From contig CAZYES010000001.1 in assembly GCA_964646515.1 (NCBI GenBank), forward strand, positions 7,582-71,581: 64,000 nt of DNA. Reading direction: 5' to 3'. Position 1 is the first letter of the stretch; each line of letters starts with the position of its first letter. Of the stretch, positions 56,047-64,000 are shown in pieces. A program made the translations under genes and the position numbers. The DNA is from an uncultured Candidatus Saccharibacteria bacterium. Its GTDB lineage: Bacteria; Patescibacteriota; Minisyncoccia; Phycocordibacterales; PALSA-1337. The notes under the pieces are model-generated. The model made no database searches. It saw only the letters and a program-made list of their open reading frames with translations, and had not been told where the DNA came from.

Positions 56047-56616
56047 TTATTTGACTCTCTCACGGTATTCTCCAGTTTCAGTGTTGATACGGATGGTGTC
56101 TCCTTGGTTGACGAATAGGGGAACGTTGATAGTCGCGCCAGTCTCGAGAGTAATATTCTTTTGACCACCTGTGGCGGTGTCGCCCTTGACGTTAGGTGGT
56201 GCCTCGGTGACTTTCAGTTCTGCGATAATTGGCATTCTGAAACCTATTGGCTGATCTTTGAATAGGTACTGAGTGACAATAGTATTTGGTTTTAGGAATC
56301 TCCCCTGAGGTCCAACAATCTCTTCGCTTACTTTGAAACGATTGGCCGGATTTTCTGGATCAGAGAACCACCATTCGCCACGGTTATTATAAAGATACTT
56401 CATCTCCCTTTCTTCTATTTCGGCCTCTTCTACTTTTTCAGATTGATGGAATGAATATTCTGTGACTTTACCAGTCATGAGGTTTTTGAGTTTGGTGGCA
56501 TTTACCGGTTTCCTCTGTTGTTTGCGGAAAACGTGAGATGAGATGACCTCGAAAGGTTGACCATCGAGGACTATGTATTTTTTCTCGGTGATTTCGTTAT
56601 ATTCCAAAAGAGACAT
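56047..56616 (-). CDS. efp: Elongation factor P
   Basis: 189 aa; three-domain EF-P pattern; C-terminal GDTIRINTETGEYRERV. Confidence 0.92.
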   Translation of the reverse strand: MSLLEYNEITEKKYIVLDGQPFEVISSHVFRKQQRKPVNATKLKNLMTGKVTEYSFHQSEKVEEAEIEEREMKYLYNNRGEWWFSDPENPANRFKVSEEIVGPQGRFLKPNTIVTQYLFKDQPIGFRMPIIAELKVTEAPPNVKGDTATGGQKNITLETGATINVPLFVNQGDTIRINTETGEYRERVK

Positions 56617-56700
56617 GGCGTTGGATGTTAGATTACTGGATAATTCAAATGTTAAATTGGCCCATGTGGCCTTGTAACTTGGTGATATTTCTTTGTTGTT

Positions 56701-57801
56701 CTACTGTTCGTTAAGTCTGATGCGAATTTGTTTCAAGATCTCATCGCGTACCTTAGCATTTTCTTTGAGAAATTGTCTAGTGGCATCATAACCGCGTCCG
56801 AGTTTTGTCTCGCCGAATGAATACGAAGAACCGGATTTTTGTAATATAGAGTATTTCTCGCCCAAGGCAATGATTTCTCCTTCTTGTGATATGCCTTCAT
56901 TGTACATCAGGTCAAATTCCGTCTGTTTGAATGGCGCTGCGACCTTGTTTTTGACTACTTTGACACGCACTCGACCACCCATGATCTCTTCACCTTTTTT
57001 TATCTGAGCGATACGGCGAATGTCGAGACGTACTGAAGCATAGAATTTCAAGGCTTTGCCACCTGGTGTTGTTTCTGGATTGCCGAACATTACACCGATT
57101 TGCATACGGATCTGGTTGATGAAGATGACGATAGTTTTTGACCTGGCGACAATAGCGGTCAATTTGCGCAGGGCCTGTGACATCAGTCGCGCTTGTGTGC
57201 CTACATGATGTGCTCCCATATCTCCCTCGATTTCTGCCTTGGGTGTCAGCGCTGCGACCGAATCGATAACTACTACATCCATTTTGTTGGTGCGAATCAG
57301 GCTGTCTACGATCTCTAGCGCCTGTTCACCAGTGTCTGGTTGGGAAATGAGCAACTCGTCGATCTTTACGCCAAGACGTTTGGCATATTCTGGGTCCATG
57401 GCATGTTCAGCATCTATGTATGCGCAAATGCCATTACGTTTTTGTGCTTCGGCCACGATATGTAAGGCCAATGTGGTTTTGCCAGACGATTCTGGGCCGA
57501 AGATCTCGATAATACGTCCACGGGGGACTCCTCCTATTCCTAGTGCCCAATCGAGTCCGAGTGAACCAGTTGGTATAGCATTCACATTGACTCTGGGCTT
57601 TTCTCCGAGCTTCATTATCGAGTCTTCTCCGAATTTTGTACGGATAGTATCTAGGGCGTCACGGATGCTATCGGATGATTTCTTTTTTTCGTCTTCTTTT
57701 TTCGTATGTGGTTTTGTTTCTGTTACGCCATATTCTTCTTTTTGCGGTAGGTCCTGTTCTACTTTGGCCTCGTTTTTGTCTTTAGTTTTTTTAATAGACA
57801 T
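56701..57801 (-). CDS. recA: Recombinase RecA with a ~45-aa K/E-rich N-terminal extension
   Basis: Walker [19 protein letters not shown]1/L2 loop regions. The canonical N-terminal helix ([18 protein letters not shown]) starts near residue 49. Confidence 0.95.
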   Translation of the reverse strand: MSIKKTKDKNEAKVEQDLPQKEEYGVTETKPHTKKEDEKKKSSDSIRDALDTIRTKFGEDSIMKLGEKPRVNVNAIPTGSLGLDWALGIGGVPRGRIIEIFGPESSGKTTLALHIVAEAQKRNGICAYIDAEHAMDPEYAKRLGVKIDELLISQPDTGEQALEIVDSLIRTNKMDVVVIDSVAALTPKAEIEGDMGAHHVGTQARLMSQALRKLTAIVARSKTIVIFINQIRMQIGVMFGNPETTPGGKALKFYASVRLDIRRIAQIKKGEEIMGGRVRVKVVKNKVAAPFKQTEFDLMYNEGISQEGEIIALGEKYSILQKSGSSYSFGETKLGRGYDATRQFLKENAKVRDEILKQIRIRLNEQ

Positions 57802-57862
57802 GTTTATTAATTCAATAAATTATTTTGATAATATGCAGGTGTGTCGGTATGATACCACAAAT

Positions 57863-58222
57863 CTATAATGTGCCAACGAGATCGAGCTCCTCACTTACAC
57901 TTCGTCCAAATTGATCATCTGCTTCGAATGTCAAAACATTCAAACCGGGCAGGACAATGATGACTTCGCTGAAATTTCCAAGTTCGTCTACTGATATAGC
58001 TTTCCCATTCATGGAGAGATTTTTTACTCTTTCGGCTTGACCACGGATAGTGATGATAGGGGATGATGTGCCTGTACCATTGGCTGGTTCATATATTTTG
58101 ATACTCGGTCCTTTGACATAATTGATTGAACGCCAAACTGCGTAGGTTACAATGAAACCAACGAGGAGTATTATACCTACCAGTCTTATAAATCTGATGG
58201 CCGTAGTTCGAGTCAGGGACAT
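57863..58222 (-). CDS. Hypothetical membrane-anchored protein (single TM plus small beta-rich domain)
   Basis: 119 aa; N-terminal TM RLVGIILLVGFIVTYAVW; immediately downstream of ftsK on the same strand. Confidence 0.6.
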   Translation of the reverse strand: MSLTRTTAIRFIRLVGIILLVGFIVTYAVWRSINYVKGPSIKIYEPANGTGTSSPIITIRGQAERVKNLSMNGKAISVDELGNFSEVIIVLPGLNVLTFEADDQFGRSVSEELDLVGTL

Positions 58223-58241
58223 GATTGATAGAAATTACAAA

Positions 58242-60509
58242 TCAGATTATTGATCCGTTTTGTTCGCTTGATGTCTCGATAGTGTCATCTTTTGTTTCTG
58301 CTCCGACCCCGATAATTTCTCGTGGTTTTGTGCCATGGGCTTTACCAACAACTCCTTTTTCTTCCAGCATATCTATAAGTTTGGCTGCTCGTGAATATCC
58401 TATGCCCAATTTTCTTTGTATATACGATGTCGAGGCCTTGCCAGCAGAAATGACTTCTTCACGCGCTTTCTCGTATAATTCATCCTTTTCTTTTTCCTCT
58501 ATTGAGTCGTCTTCTGTCATAGAATCAAAAACAGCGTTTGCACCAGCTTCTGTCGGCGTCAGATTTATTTCGTCAATGATTTCGTCCTTATATGAATCTA
58601 TCAAGTATTTGACCACTTTCTTTACTTCTGATTCGGAAATGAAAGCAGATTGTAGGCGTACTGGCTTGGACATTTCACCTCCGAGGTAAAGCATATCTCC
58701 TGCGCCGAGAAGTTTTTCTGCCCCCATTTGATCTAGAATAGTTCTAGAGTCTATTTGTGAAGCCACTTGCAACGCGACACGAGTGGGAATATTGGCTTTT
58801 ATCAGTCCAGTTATGACATTGACGCTTGGTCGTTGTGTCGAGATAACGAGATGAATACCGGTGGCACGACTCATCTGGGCTAGACGTACTATGGCCGATT
58901 CCAGTTCTCGTGGATATGATTGCATGATGTCGGCAAGCTCATCTATTACTATAACAATGAATGGCATTGTTTCTGGCATTCTAGATGGCGAGGTCTCATA
59001 TTTGTCGGCGTCTTTCTTGTATTTTTCTATTGCCGGTAGCAGGACGCTCTTGTGATATGAGTCTATGTCTCGCGAACCATATTTTTGCAACACTTCGAAT
59101 CTCCGGATCATCTCTTTTGATGCCCATCTCAAGGCAAGGATGGATTTTTTTGGATCGGTAATAACCGGAGTCAAAAGATGCGGGATTTTGTTATACATTG
59201 TCAGTTCTACGCGCTTTGGATCGATCATGATGAATTTCAGATTTTCTGGAGAGTTGCGGTAGAGAAGGGAAGTAATAAGGGCGTGAATAGATACAGACTT
59301 TCCGGCCCCAGTGGCTCCGGCGATGAGGATGTGCGGTGCTTTGCCGAGATTGCTAAAATGTGCTCGACCAGCAATATCTTTGCCCAGCGAAATAAGTAAG
59401 GGCTTTTCTGATTCTTGAAAATCGGATGAAGCCAAGAGAGTTGCCAAGCCGACAGTAGTTTTTGCCGTATTCGGTACCTCTATACCAACCAGAGACTTAC
59501 CTGGAATGGGGGCCTCAATACGTATGGGGTGCGCTGCCAAAGCTAGAGCCAAGTCGTTATTCAGAGCAACGATTCTTGATAGCTTTACGCCTTCTGCTGG
59601 CTTTAGCGCATATCGTGTGACCGATGGGCCGATAGAGATCTCATCCATCTCTACGGTGATGCCGAAATTTTTCAAAGTGCGCTTGATGATATTGGCATTG
59701 GCTTTGATATCACCTGTTTCTGGTTTACCACGGTCTTTTTCTAGGAGCGACAACGGCGGGGCGGTGTACGGTCTCAGATGAGGTACTACTACAGATGAAG
59801 CAAAACCGTATTCTTCATCATCCGTGAAGTCTAGAGAATTTCCTCTTTTATTTTTCATTTCTTGATTTTTGTCGGTTTCTTTATTTGAATTTGACCTTAC
59901 GCCGTCGACGTCTTTTGAATCTTTGGAAACATTTGTTACCGCTTTCAAGATAGCCGCTTCTTCATGGGCATCCATCTTGCCGTCCTTTTTAGTTTCTAAG
60001 ATTTTTTCCTTCTTGGCGAATAGTGAGAATATATCTTTCCAGGTAAAATATATATTGAACATCATCACAATCGAGACGACGAATATAGCAATAAGCAAAG
60101 TGGTGGTTGCCCAGTAATCGATTGTTTTTATCAGTGGGGTGGCGATCCAACGTCCAAAGATACCTCCCGCTCCGGCGTAGCAAATATGGATAATACCCAA
60201 ACCAGAGACTAGGAATAATATTGCCCCGACGCCTTTGGACATTTCAAATTTTTTCTTGAGTCCCTGCAGAAGTGATATACCTAACATGGCGAATATGGTA
60301 GGAATGAGATAGTAACCAATGCCGAAGAATTTGAAAGAAAACATAAATACATATTTTCCCACTTCACCGGCTTTGTCTATGGCAGCCAATAAGGAAAGTA
60401 TAGTTATCAAAAAACATAATATCGATAAGATAAGGTGTACGGTTTCGTCGCGCATTTCCTCCCAGAATCGAATCTTTTTTGGTATATCAAAGTCTTTTTT
60501 CTTTGCCAT
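58242..60509 (-). CDS. ftsK: DNA translocase FtsK/SpoIIIE
   Basis: N-terminal 4-5 TM helices, Walker A GATGAGKS, Walker B VIVIDELAD, C-terminal gamma (wHTH) domain. ORF track begins at GTG 60539; ATG 60509 is preceded by TGCTATAAT plus 7 nt. Confidence 0.93.
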   Translation of the reverse strand: MAKKKDFDIPKKIRFWEEMRDETVHLILSILCFLITILSLLAAIDKAGEVGKYVFMFSFKFFGIGYYLIPTIFAMLGISLLQGLKKKFEMSKGVGAILFLVSGLGIIHICYAGAGGIFGRWIATPLIKTIDYWATTTLLIAIFVVSIVMMFNIYFTWKDIFSLFAKKEKILETKKDGKMDAHEEAAILKAVTNVSKDSKDVDGVRSNSNKETDKNQEMKNKRGNSLDFTDDEEYGFASSVVVPHLRPYTAPPLSLLEKDRGKPETGDIKANANIIKRTLKNFGITVEMDEISIGPSVTRYALKPAEGVKLSRIVALNNDLALALAAHPIRIEAPIPGKSLVGIEVPNTAKTTVGLATLLASSDFQESEKPLLISLGKDIAGRAHFSNLGKAPHILIAGATGAGKSVSIHALITSLLYRNSPENLKFIMIDPKRVELTMYNKIPHLLTPVITDPKKSILALRWASKEMIRRFEVLQKYGSRDIDSYHKSVLLPAIEKYKKDADKYETSPSRMPETMPFIVIVIDELADIMQSYPRELESAIVRLAQMSRATGIHLVISTQRPSVNVITGLIKANIPTRVALQVASQIDSRTILDQMGAEKLLGAGDMLYLGGEMSKPVRLQSAFISESEVKKVVKYLIDSYKDEIIDEINLTPTEAGANAVFDSMTEDDSIEEKEKDELYEKAREEVISAGKASTSYIQRKLGIGYSRAAKLIDMLEEKGVVGKAHGTKPREIIGVGAETKDDTIETSSEQNGSII

Positions 60510-60516
60510 GGTAATG

Positions 60517-60525
60517 ATTATAGCA
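60517..60525 (-). promoter_or_regulatory. Extended -10 promoter TGCTATAAT, 7 nt upstream of ftsK ATG 60509
   Basis: Minus strand reads TGCTATAAT-CATTACC-ATG. Confidence 0.5.
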
Positions 60526-60751
60526 TTTTTTATTATCACCGCGAAAACTTATTGGGGTTAACATTGAATGGGATTAAAATCTCAGGATAGTAGAAGTATG
60601 TTGCGTGAAACTACTTGTGGTAATTGGCGTTATATTAGAAGCGTCTGGCCCCCATTTTGGTCATTTGAAAGTGGTACAAAAAGTTGTTCCTTGCATTGTC
60701 TAGTTACCCAAGTATTTTAGCTGGACGATTTTCTGATGGCGAGTTTTGTGC

Positions 60752-60779
60752 TTGCAAATAAAAGTCACAGGATTATAAT
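60752..60779 (+). promoter_or_regulatory. Sigma70-type promoter
   Basis: TTGCAA (60752-60757), 16-nt spacer, TATAAT (60774-60779), ~75 nt upstream of the 60857 ORF. Confidence 0.55.
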
Positions 60780-60856
60780 AGACATGTCAAAGACATACGA
60801 GTGTAGATCCCCTAAAGGACGCACAGGAAGTCTTCAAGGTCATATATTTAACTATA

Positions 60857-61657
60857 ATGGACAAAAAAAATACAAACAACAGTGAGTCCTTTAATGATCC
60901 ATTAAAGTGGAGATCGTTGGGTTTTTTCTCTGCTGAAGATTATCTGATATACATTTTCAAAAAGACAGAAAAAATCACGGCTGCTCTTTATTTGGTTTCT
61001 GGACTTCTCAAGGACGATGAACCTATCAAATGGGAATTGCGTGATAGGGGCATAGATCTCCTGTCTTCGTCTTTTATGGCATCGAGTTCTACTCCTGGAG
61101 ATAAAAATATGATTATACAGTCACTTTTTACCGCTGCCCTGGAAACACTTTCGCTTTTGAATGTAGCTAGGATTTCCAATCTTGTTACAGAGATGAATCA
61201 CAAGATTCTAGTGCGTGAAATTGATATGATTGTCAGTATGCTCCGCGATCGTTTGGCACAGAATGCGGAAAATGCCGGATATGTTTTGTCAGAGTCCTTC
61301 TTTAGGACACCAGATCTGTTTTCTTCTGGTTTTAGATCGGACAATAAGGACAGAGGGAAACGCGGAGTATTTAACTCTGTTGAAGGGGTTGCGGATAGCA
61401 ATCTCGGATCTTTGAAAAATGTAGATAATTCAAGGGTTATTCAAGGACATGTCAGTACTCAAGTAAAAAAGACACAGAGACAAGAGGCGATTCTGATCGC
61501 CCTCAGGGAACAGTCCAATCTGACTATAAAGGACTTTTCGAAAGTCATAAAAGACTGCAGTGAAAAGACGATACAACGTGAACTGTTGGAGTTGGTTGAT
61601 AGGGGGGTGATAAAAAGGGAGGGGGAAAGGAGGTGGAGTAGGTACTCATTGAAGTAG
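60857..61657 (+). CDS. Hypothetical regulator with a C-terminal winged-helix (DeoR/MarR-like) HTH
   Basis: 266 aa. The C-terminal 60 aa (RQEAILIALREQSNLTIKDFSKVIKDCSEKTIQRELLELVDRGVIKREG) fit a wHTH pattern; the N-terminal helical domain is unrecognised. Confidence 0.6.
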   Translation: MDKKNTNNSESFNDPLKWRSLGFFSAEDYLIYIFKKTEKITAALYLVSGLLKDDEPIKWELRDRGIDLLSSSFMASSSTPGDKNMIIQSLFTAALETLSLLNVARISNLVTEMNHKILVREIDMIVSMLRDRLAQNAENAGYVLSESFFRTPDLFSSGFRSDNKDRGKRGVFNSVEGVADSNLGSLKNVDNSRVIQGHVSTQVKKTQRQEAILIALREQSNLTIKDFSKVIKDCSEKTIQRELLELVDRGVIKREGERRWSRYSLK

Positions 61658-61853
61658 TGCCTCGCTCGATGTTTGGCCACCCATAATTTGGAGTAAGGAT
61701 ATGGGAAAAATGTAGGGAATTGACTTTTGGGTCTTTTTACACTAATATGGCTCTGTTAGTGGCTGTTGTCGGAAAATCTTAATTTTATGGATTTTTTAAC
61801 GGATTACCCCTTAATTTTACGTTTAATAATTTTGTGAATTTAACAATATGTGG

Positions 61854-61862
61854 TTATCCACA
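61854..61862 (+). promoter_or_regulatory. Perfect DnaA-box sequence TTATCCACA
   Basis: Exact 9-mer in the 570-bp intergenic region. A 1-mismatch box TTAGCCACA lies at 62094-62102. Confidence 0.4.
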
Positions 61863-62233
61863 AGTTCTTTTGCTTTACATCCCGTAGATGAGATATAATG
61901 TTTTGTAACGAGTGTGCAATCAGGTCGTCTAGTATTGCATACTTGTCCCAGAGCAGTAGTGCTTAGGGAAAATTTCTCTGCTTTGCTCCTAGAGTTTGAG
62001 TAGAGAAAAAGTCCGCTTTAGTTTTTAATAAAAAGTTAGAGCGTGACAAGTCGAACTTTGACAACTTAATAATATGTCACAAGTTCGTTTAGATTAGCCA
62101 CAAACTCTTTTTACTTTGCGTGTCGATAGCGCATTTTGTAAAAAGAAGTGGATTATTAGTTAGTTTATAAATCGCATTAACTTCTCCCTCATTATTAATA
62201 ATCGGAGAAGGTGCGTTAATTATTAAATCAAAA

Positions 62234-64000
62234 ATGAAAAAGTTTCTTATTGCATCTGGCGTTACTTTCTTAGCTTTCGCCACGATCGTAGGAGCACAGA
62301 CTCAGACCTTCAATTCCAACTTGACTGTTGGTTCGACAGGTTCCGAGGTTGTTGCTCTTCAGGAAGTTCTCTTGAATGCAGGATACGATATTCCGGCTCT
62401 TAGCAGTGGTACGGCTACCAAAGGTTATTTTGGTTCACAAACCAAATCAGCCGTTATGAAGTACCAAGCCGAAAACGGTATTCCTAACACAGGTTTCGTA
62501 GGTCCTCTTACTAGAGCAGCTTTGAATGCTGGTGGTCCAGTAGCTGGTGGTTCAGTAGTTTGCCCAGCGGGCTTCGATTGTACCCCGAACACCCCAGTAG
62601 TTGTTAATTGCCCAGTTGGATATACATGTATACCTAAGGGCAGTACAGTTCCTCCAGTTACCACAATAGGTGCTGAAGGTGTAATGACTACCAAGTTGGC
62701 CTCATCTCCTATTGCAGATTCGAACATAGTTATTTCGTCAAATGTTCCTGTGTATGGAATTGATGTCAAGGCACAAGGATCAGATATGGTCGTTGACCGC
62801 GTTCTTCTTCAGATGTCAGTCGGTGTGGGTACTGAAACTGGTAGCCCTAGCAACCCGGCTACTTTTGTGAGAACACTTTATGCTTATGATGGTTCTACTC
62901 TTTTGAAGAGTTGGAATCTTTCGCCTGCTGACTTCAACAAAGATTCATCCGATCGTTACTATGTAATAGCTTCAGGTATGCGTTTTGTTGTTCCTAAGGA
63001 CACAACCAAGACACTCACCTTTGCTGTTGACACCAGTGGTGTAGCGGCAGATATGAGTTCTCGTTATCTCAGAATTCAAGGTTATGCAGGAAACACCCAG
63101 AACGTACGTGCAGTTGATGGTGCCGGCTTGAGCAATTACACAGATATGTCTGGAACCAGCAATAGTCGTTTGCAAGTTTTTGCCACATCTGGCAACTCAA
63201 CGGTAACAGCTACGGTAAATTCAGCTCTTTCGCCAAAGTCCACAAATAACAAAGTTGACTCTACGGATGGTGTAAAGGAGCTAACTATGCAAGCTTTTGA
63301 TCTCAAGTCAACAACTGGTGCTTCAAAGGTCACAAAGATCTGTGCTTCAGCTGCTGCTACAACGACAGACAATCTTCCAACAACTTTGTATCTTTATGAT
63401 GGTTCATCTAGACTCGCTTCTGTTTCTGCATCAGCCAGTATTGGTGGGGTGGCCTGCTTTACTGACCTGACCATAAACATTGCGAAAGATGCCACCAAGA
63501 CGCTTTTGTTGAAAGCTGATTTTCCAAAAACAGTTCTTAACGCTTCGGCTTCAACTACGATCATAGCAAGTGGTGTAGTTTGGGAGAAACCAGATAGCAC
63601 TACTGCATCTAGTACTCCTTCTGCAGCTATTGCTAGTAACAATCAACGCTTTTACTCAGCGGCCCCTCAATGGAAGCTGGTTAGCGCGACTGCTGTAGCA
63701 AATGGCGCTGGATATAGTGGAGCAACTAGCTCGGTTACTGCCACCATGGTGTTAAGCGCAAAGGCTGTTGGTGGTGCTATGACAAAACCGGTTTTGACAG
63801 ACTTCGATATGGTCTTCGCTTCTAGTACGGTTGCCAATGGTGGTTATGTGGATGGTACTACCAGTATTGCTACTACTCCAGGAATTCAGGTCAGTCCTTC
63901 TGATGCCACGATCGGAGAGGATGGTACTTACACGGTCACATTGACTGGTACATTGTATTCAAACAGTGTTTCTGCAAGTGCTCCGTACTTCATGGCTGTT
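62234..64000 (+). CDS. Secreted peptidoglycan-binding-domain protein with CPxG[FY]xC motifs and repeated beta-sandwich-like modules (3' partial, runs off the window)
   Basis: Open frame from ATG 62234 to the window end (589 codons), absent from the ORF track. Signal peptide MKKFLIASGVTFLAFATIVGA; PG_binding_1-like GSTGSEVVALQEVLLNAGY...GYFGSQTKSAVMKYQAENGIPNTGFVG; CPAGFDCTP and CPVGYTCIP motifs. Confidence 0.8.
   Translation, partial: MKKFLIASGVTFLAFATIVGAQTQTFNSNLTVGSTGSEVVALQEVLLNAGYDIPALSSGTATKGYFGSQTKSAVMKYQAENGIPNTGFVGPLTRAALNAGGPVAGGSVVCPAGFDCTPNTPVVVNCPVGYTCIPKGSTVPPVTTIGAEGVMTTKLASSPIADSNIVISSNVPVYGIDVKAQGSDMVVDRVLLQMSVGVGTETGSPSNPATFVRTLYAYDGSTLLKSWNLSPADFNKDSSDRYYVIASGMRFVVPKDTTKTLTFAVDTSGVAADMSSRYLRIQGYAGNTQNVRAVDGAGLSNYTDMSGTSNSRLQVFATSGNSTVTATVNSALSPKSTNNKVDSTDGVKELTMQAFDLKSTTGASKVTKICASAAATTTDNLPTTLYLYDGSSRLASVSASASIGGVACFTDLTINIAKDATKTLLLKADFPKTVLNASASTTIIASGVVWEKPDSTTASSTPSAAIASNNQRFYSAAPQWKLVSATAVANGAGYSGATSSVTATMVLSAKAVGGAMTKPVLTDFDMVFASSTVANGGYVDGTTSIATTPGIQVSPSDATIGEDGTYTVTLTGTLYSNSVSASAPYFMAV

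Noticed and set aside
57239-58689. Long plus-strand ORFs 57239-57868 (209 aa) and 58225-58689 (154 aa)
   Set aside because: They lie antisense to recA and ftsK respectively. Their S/F/I-rich low-complexity translations are typical of shadow ORFs opposite K/E-rich genes.
60797-60900. 33-aa ORF (MSKTYECRSPKGRTGSLQGHIF...) downstream of the 60752 promoter
   Set aside because: It overlaps the start of the 266-aa regulator in another frame and has no supporting features. It could be a uORF, but there is no evidence for that.
61658-62233. Chromosomal replication origin (oriC) in the 570-bp spacer
   Set aside because: Only one perfect and one near DnaA box, no dnaA/dnaN nearby, no obvious AT-rich unwinding repeats, and gene orientation upstream of 56 kb does not fit a global strand switch. 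More likely a regulatory site.
1-64000. Alternative genetic code (UGA recoding, as in some candidate phyla)
   Set aside because: Long conserved proteins (EF-G, EF-Tu, IleRS, FtsK, RecA) are full-length under the standard code, and TGA is used as a terminal stop (for example tpiA, comEC).
1-64000. CRISPR arrays, rRNA or tRNA genes
   Set aside because: By eye I found no periodic direct repeats, no rRNA-like conserved strings, and no cloverleaf-compatible T-arm sequences. This should be confirmed with tRNAscan-SE, ARAGORN and minced.

Overview
Gene-dense 64-kb chromosomal segment made up almost entirely of housekeeping genes, mostly on the + strand, read with the standard genetic code. I found no rRNA, tRNA, CRISPR array, integrase or transposase. 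Content: a type IV pilus module (pilB, pilC, a 4-gene pilin operon); glycolysis genes (tpiA, pgk); a DNA uptake and processing group (recJ, rnhA, split comEC); str/S10/spc ribosomal-protein blocks that are fragmented; secE-nusG-rplK; a folate/thymidylate island (folD, DHFR, Dcd-like, TS-like, dCMP deaminase, tmk, glyA); four aminoacyl-tRNA synthetases (argS, ileS, glyQS, metG); rpsF-ssb-rpsR; efp, recA and ftsK; and several large secreted or anchored hypothetical proteins. The overall style points to a small-genome CPR/Patescibacteria-like bacterium. That style includes pili plus ComEC, L1 and L9 missing from their usual positions, few Shine-Dalgarno sites, and K/E-rich tails on conserved proteins. 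The taxonomic call is inference only. Items most worth follow-up: (1) the thymidylate island, where the TS-family enzyme has Asp at the uracil/cytosine-specificity position and the Dcd-like enzyme lacks the deaminase Glu; (2) an IleRS with an apparently intact histidine-phosphatase (PGAM-like) domain nested inside it; (3) a roughly 430-nt GC-rich, strongly structured intergenic element with a C12 loop upstream of rpsL, bracketed by a promoter-like site and an intrinsic terminator, identity unresolved; (4) recurrent extended -10 boxes 6-9 nt upstream of start codons, implying widespread leaderless mRNAs; (5) a MacAB-like efflux operon sitting where rplD-rplW-rplB normally lie. All motif comparisons to reference proteins were made by eye and from memory and need computational confirmation.
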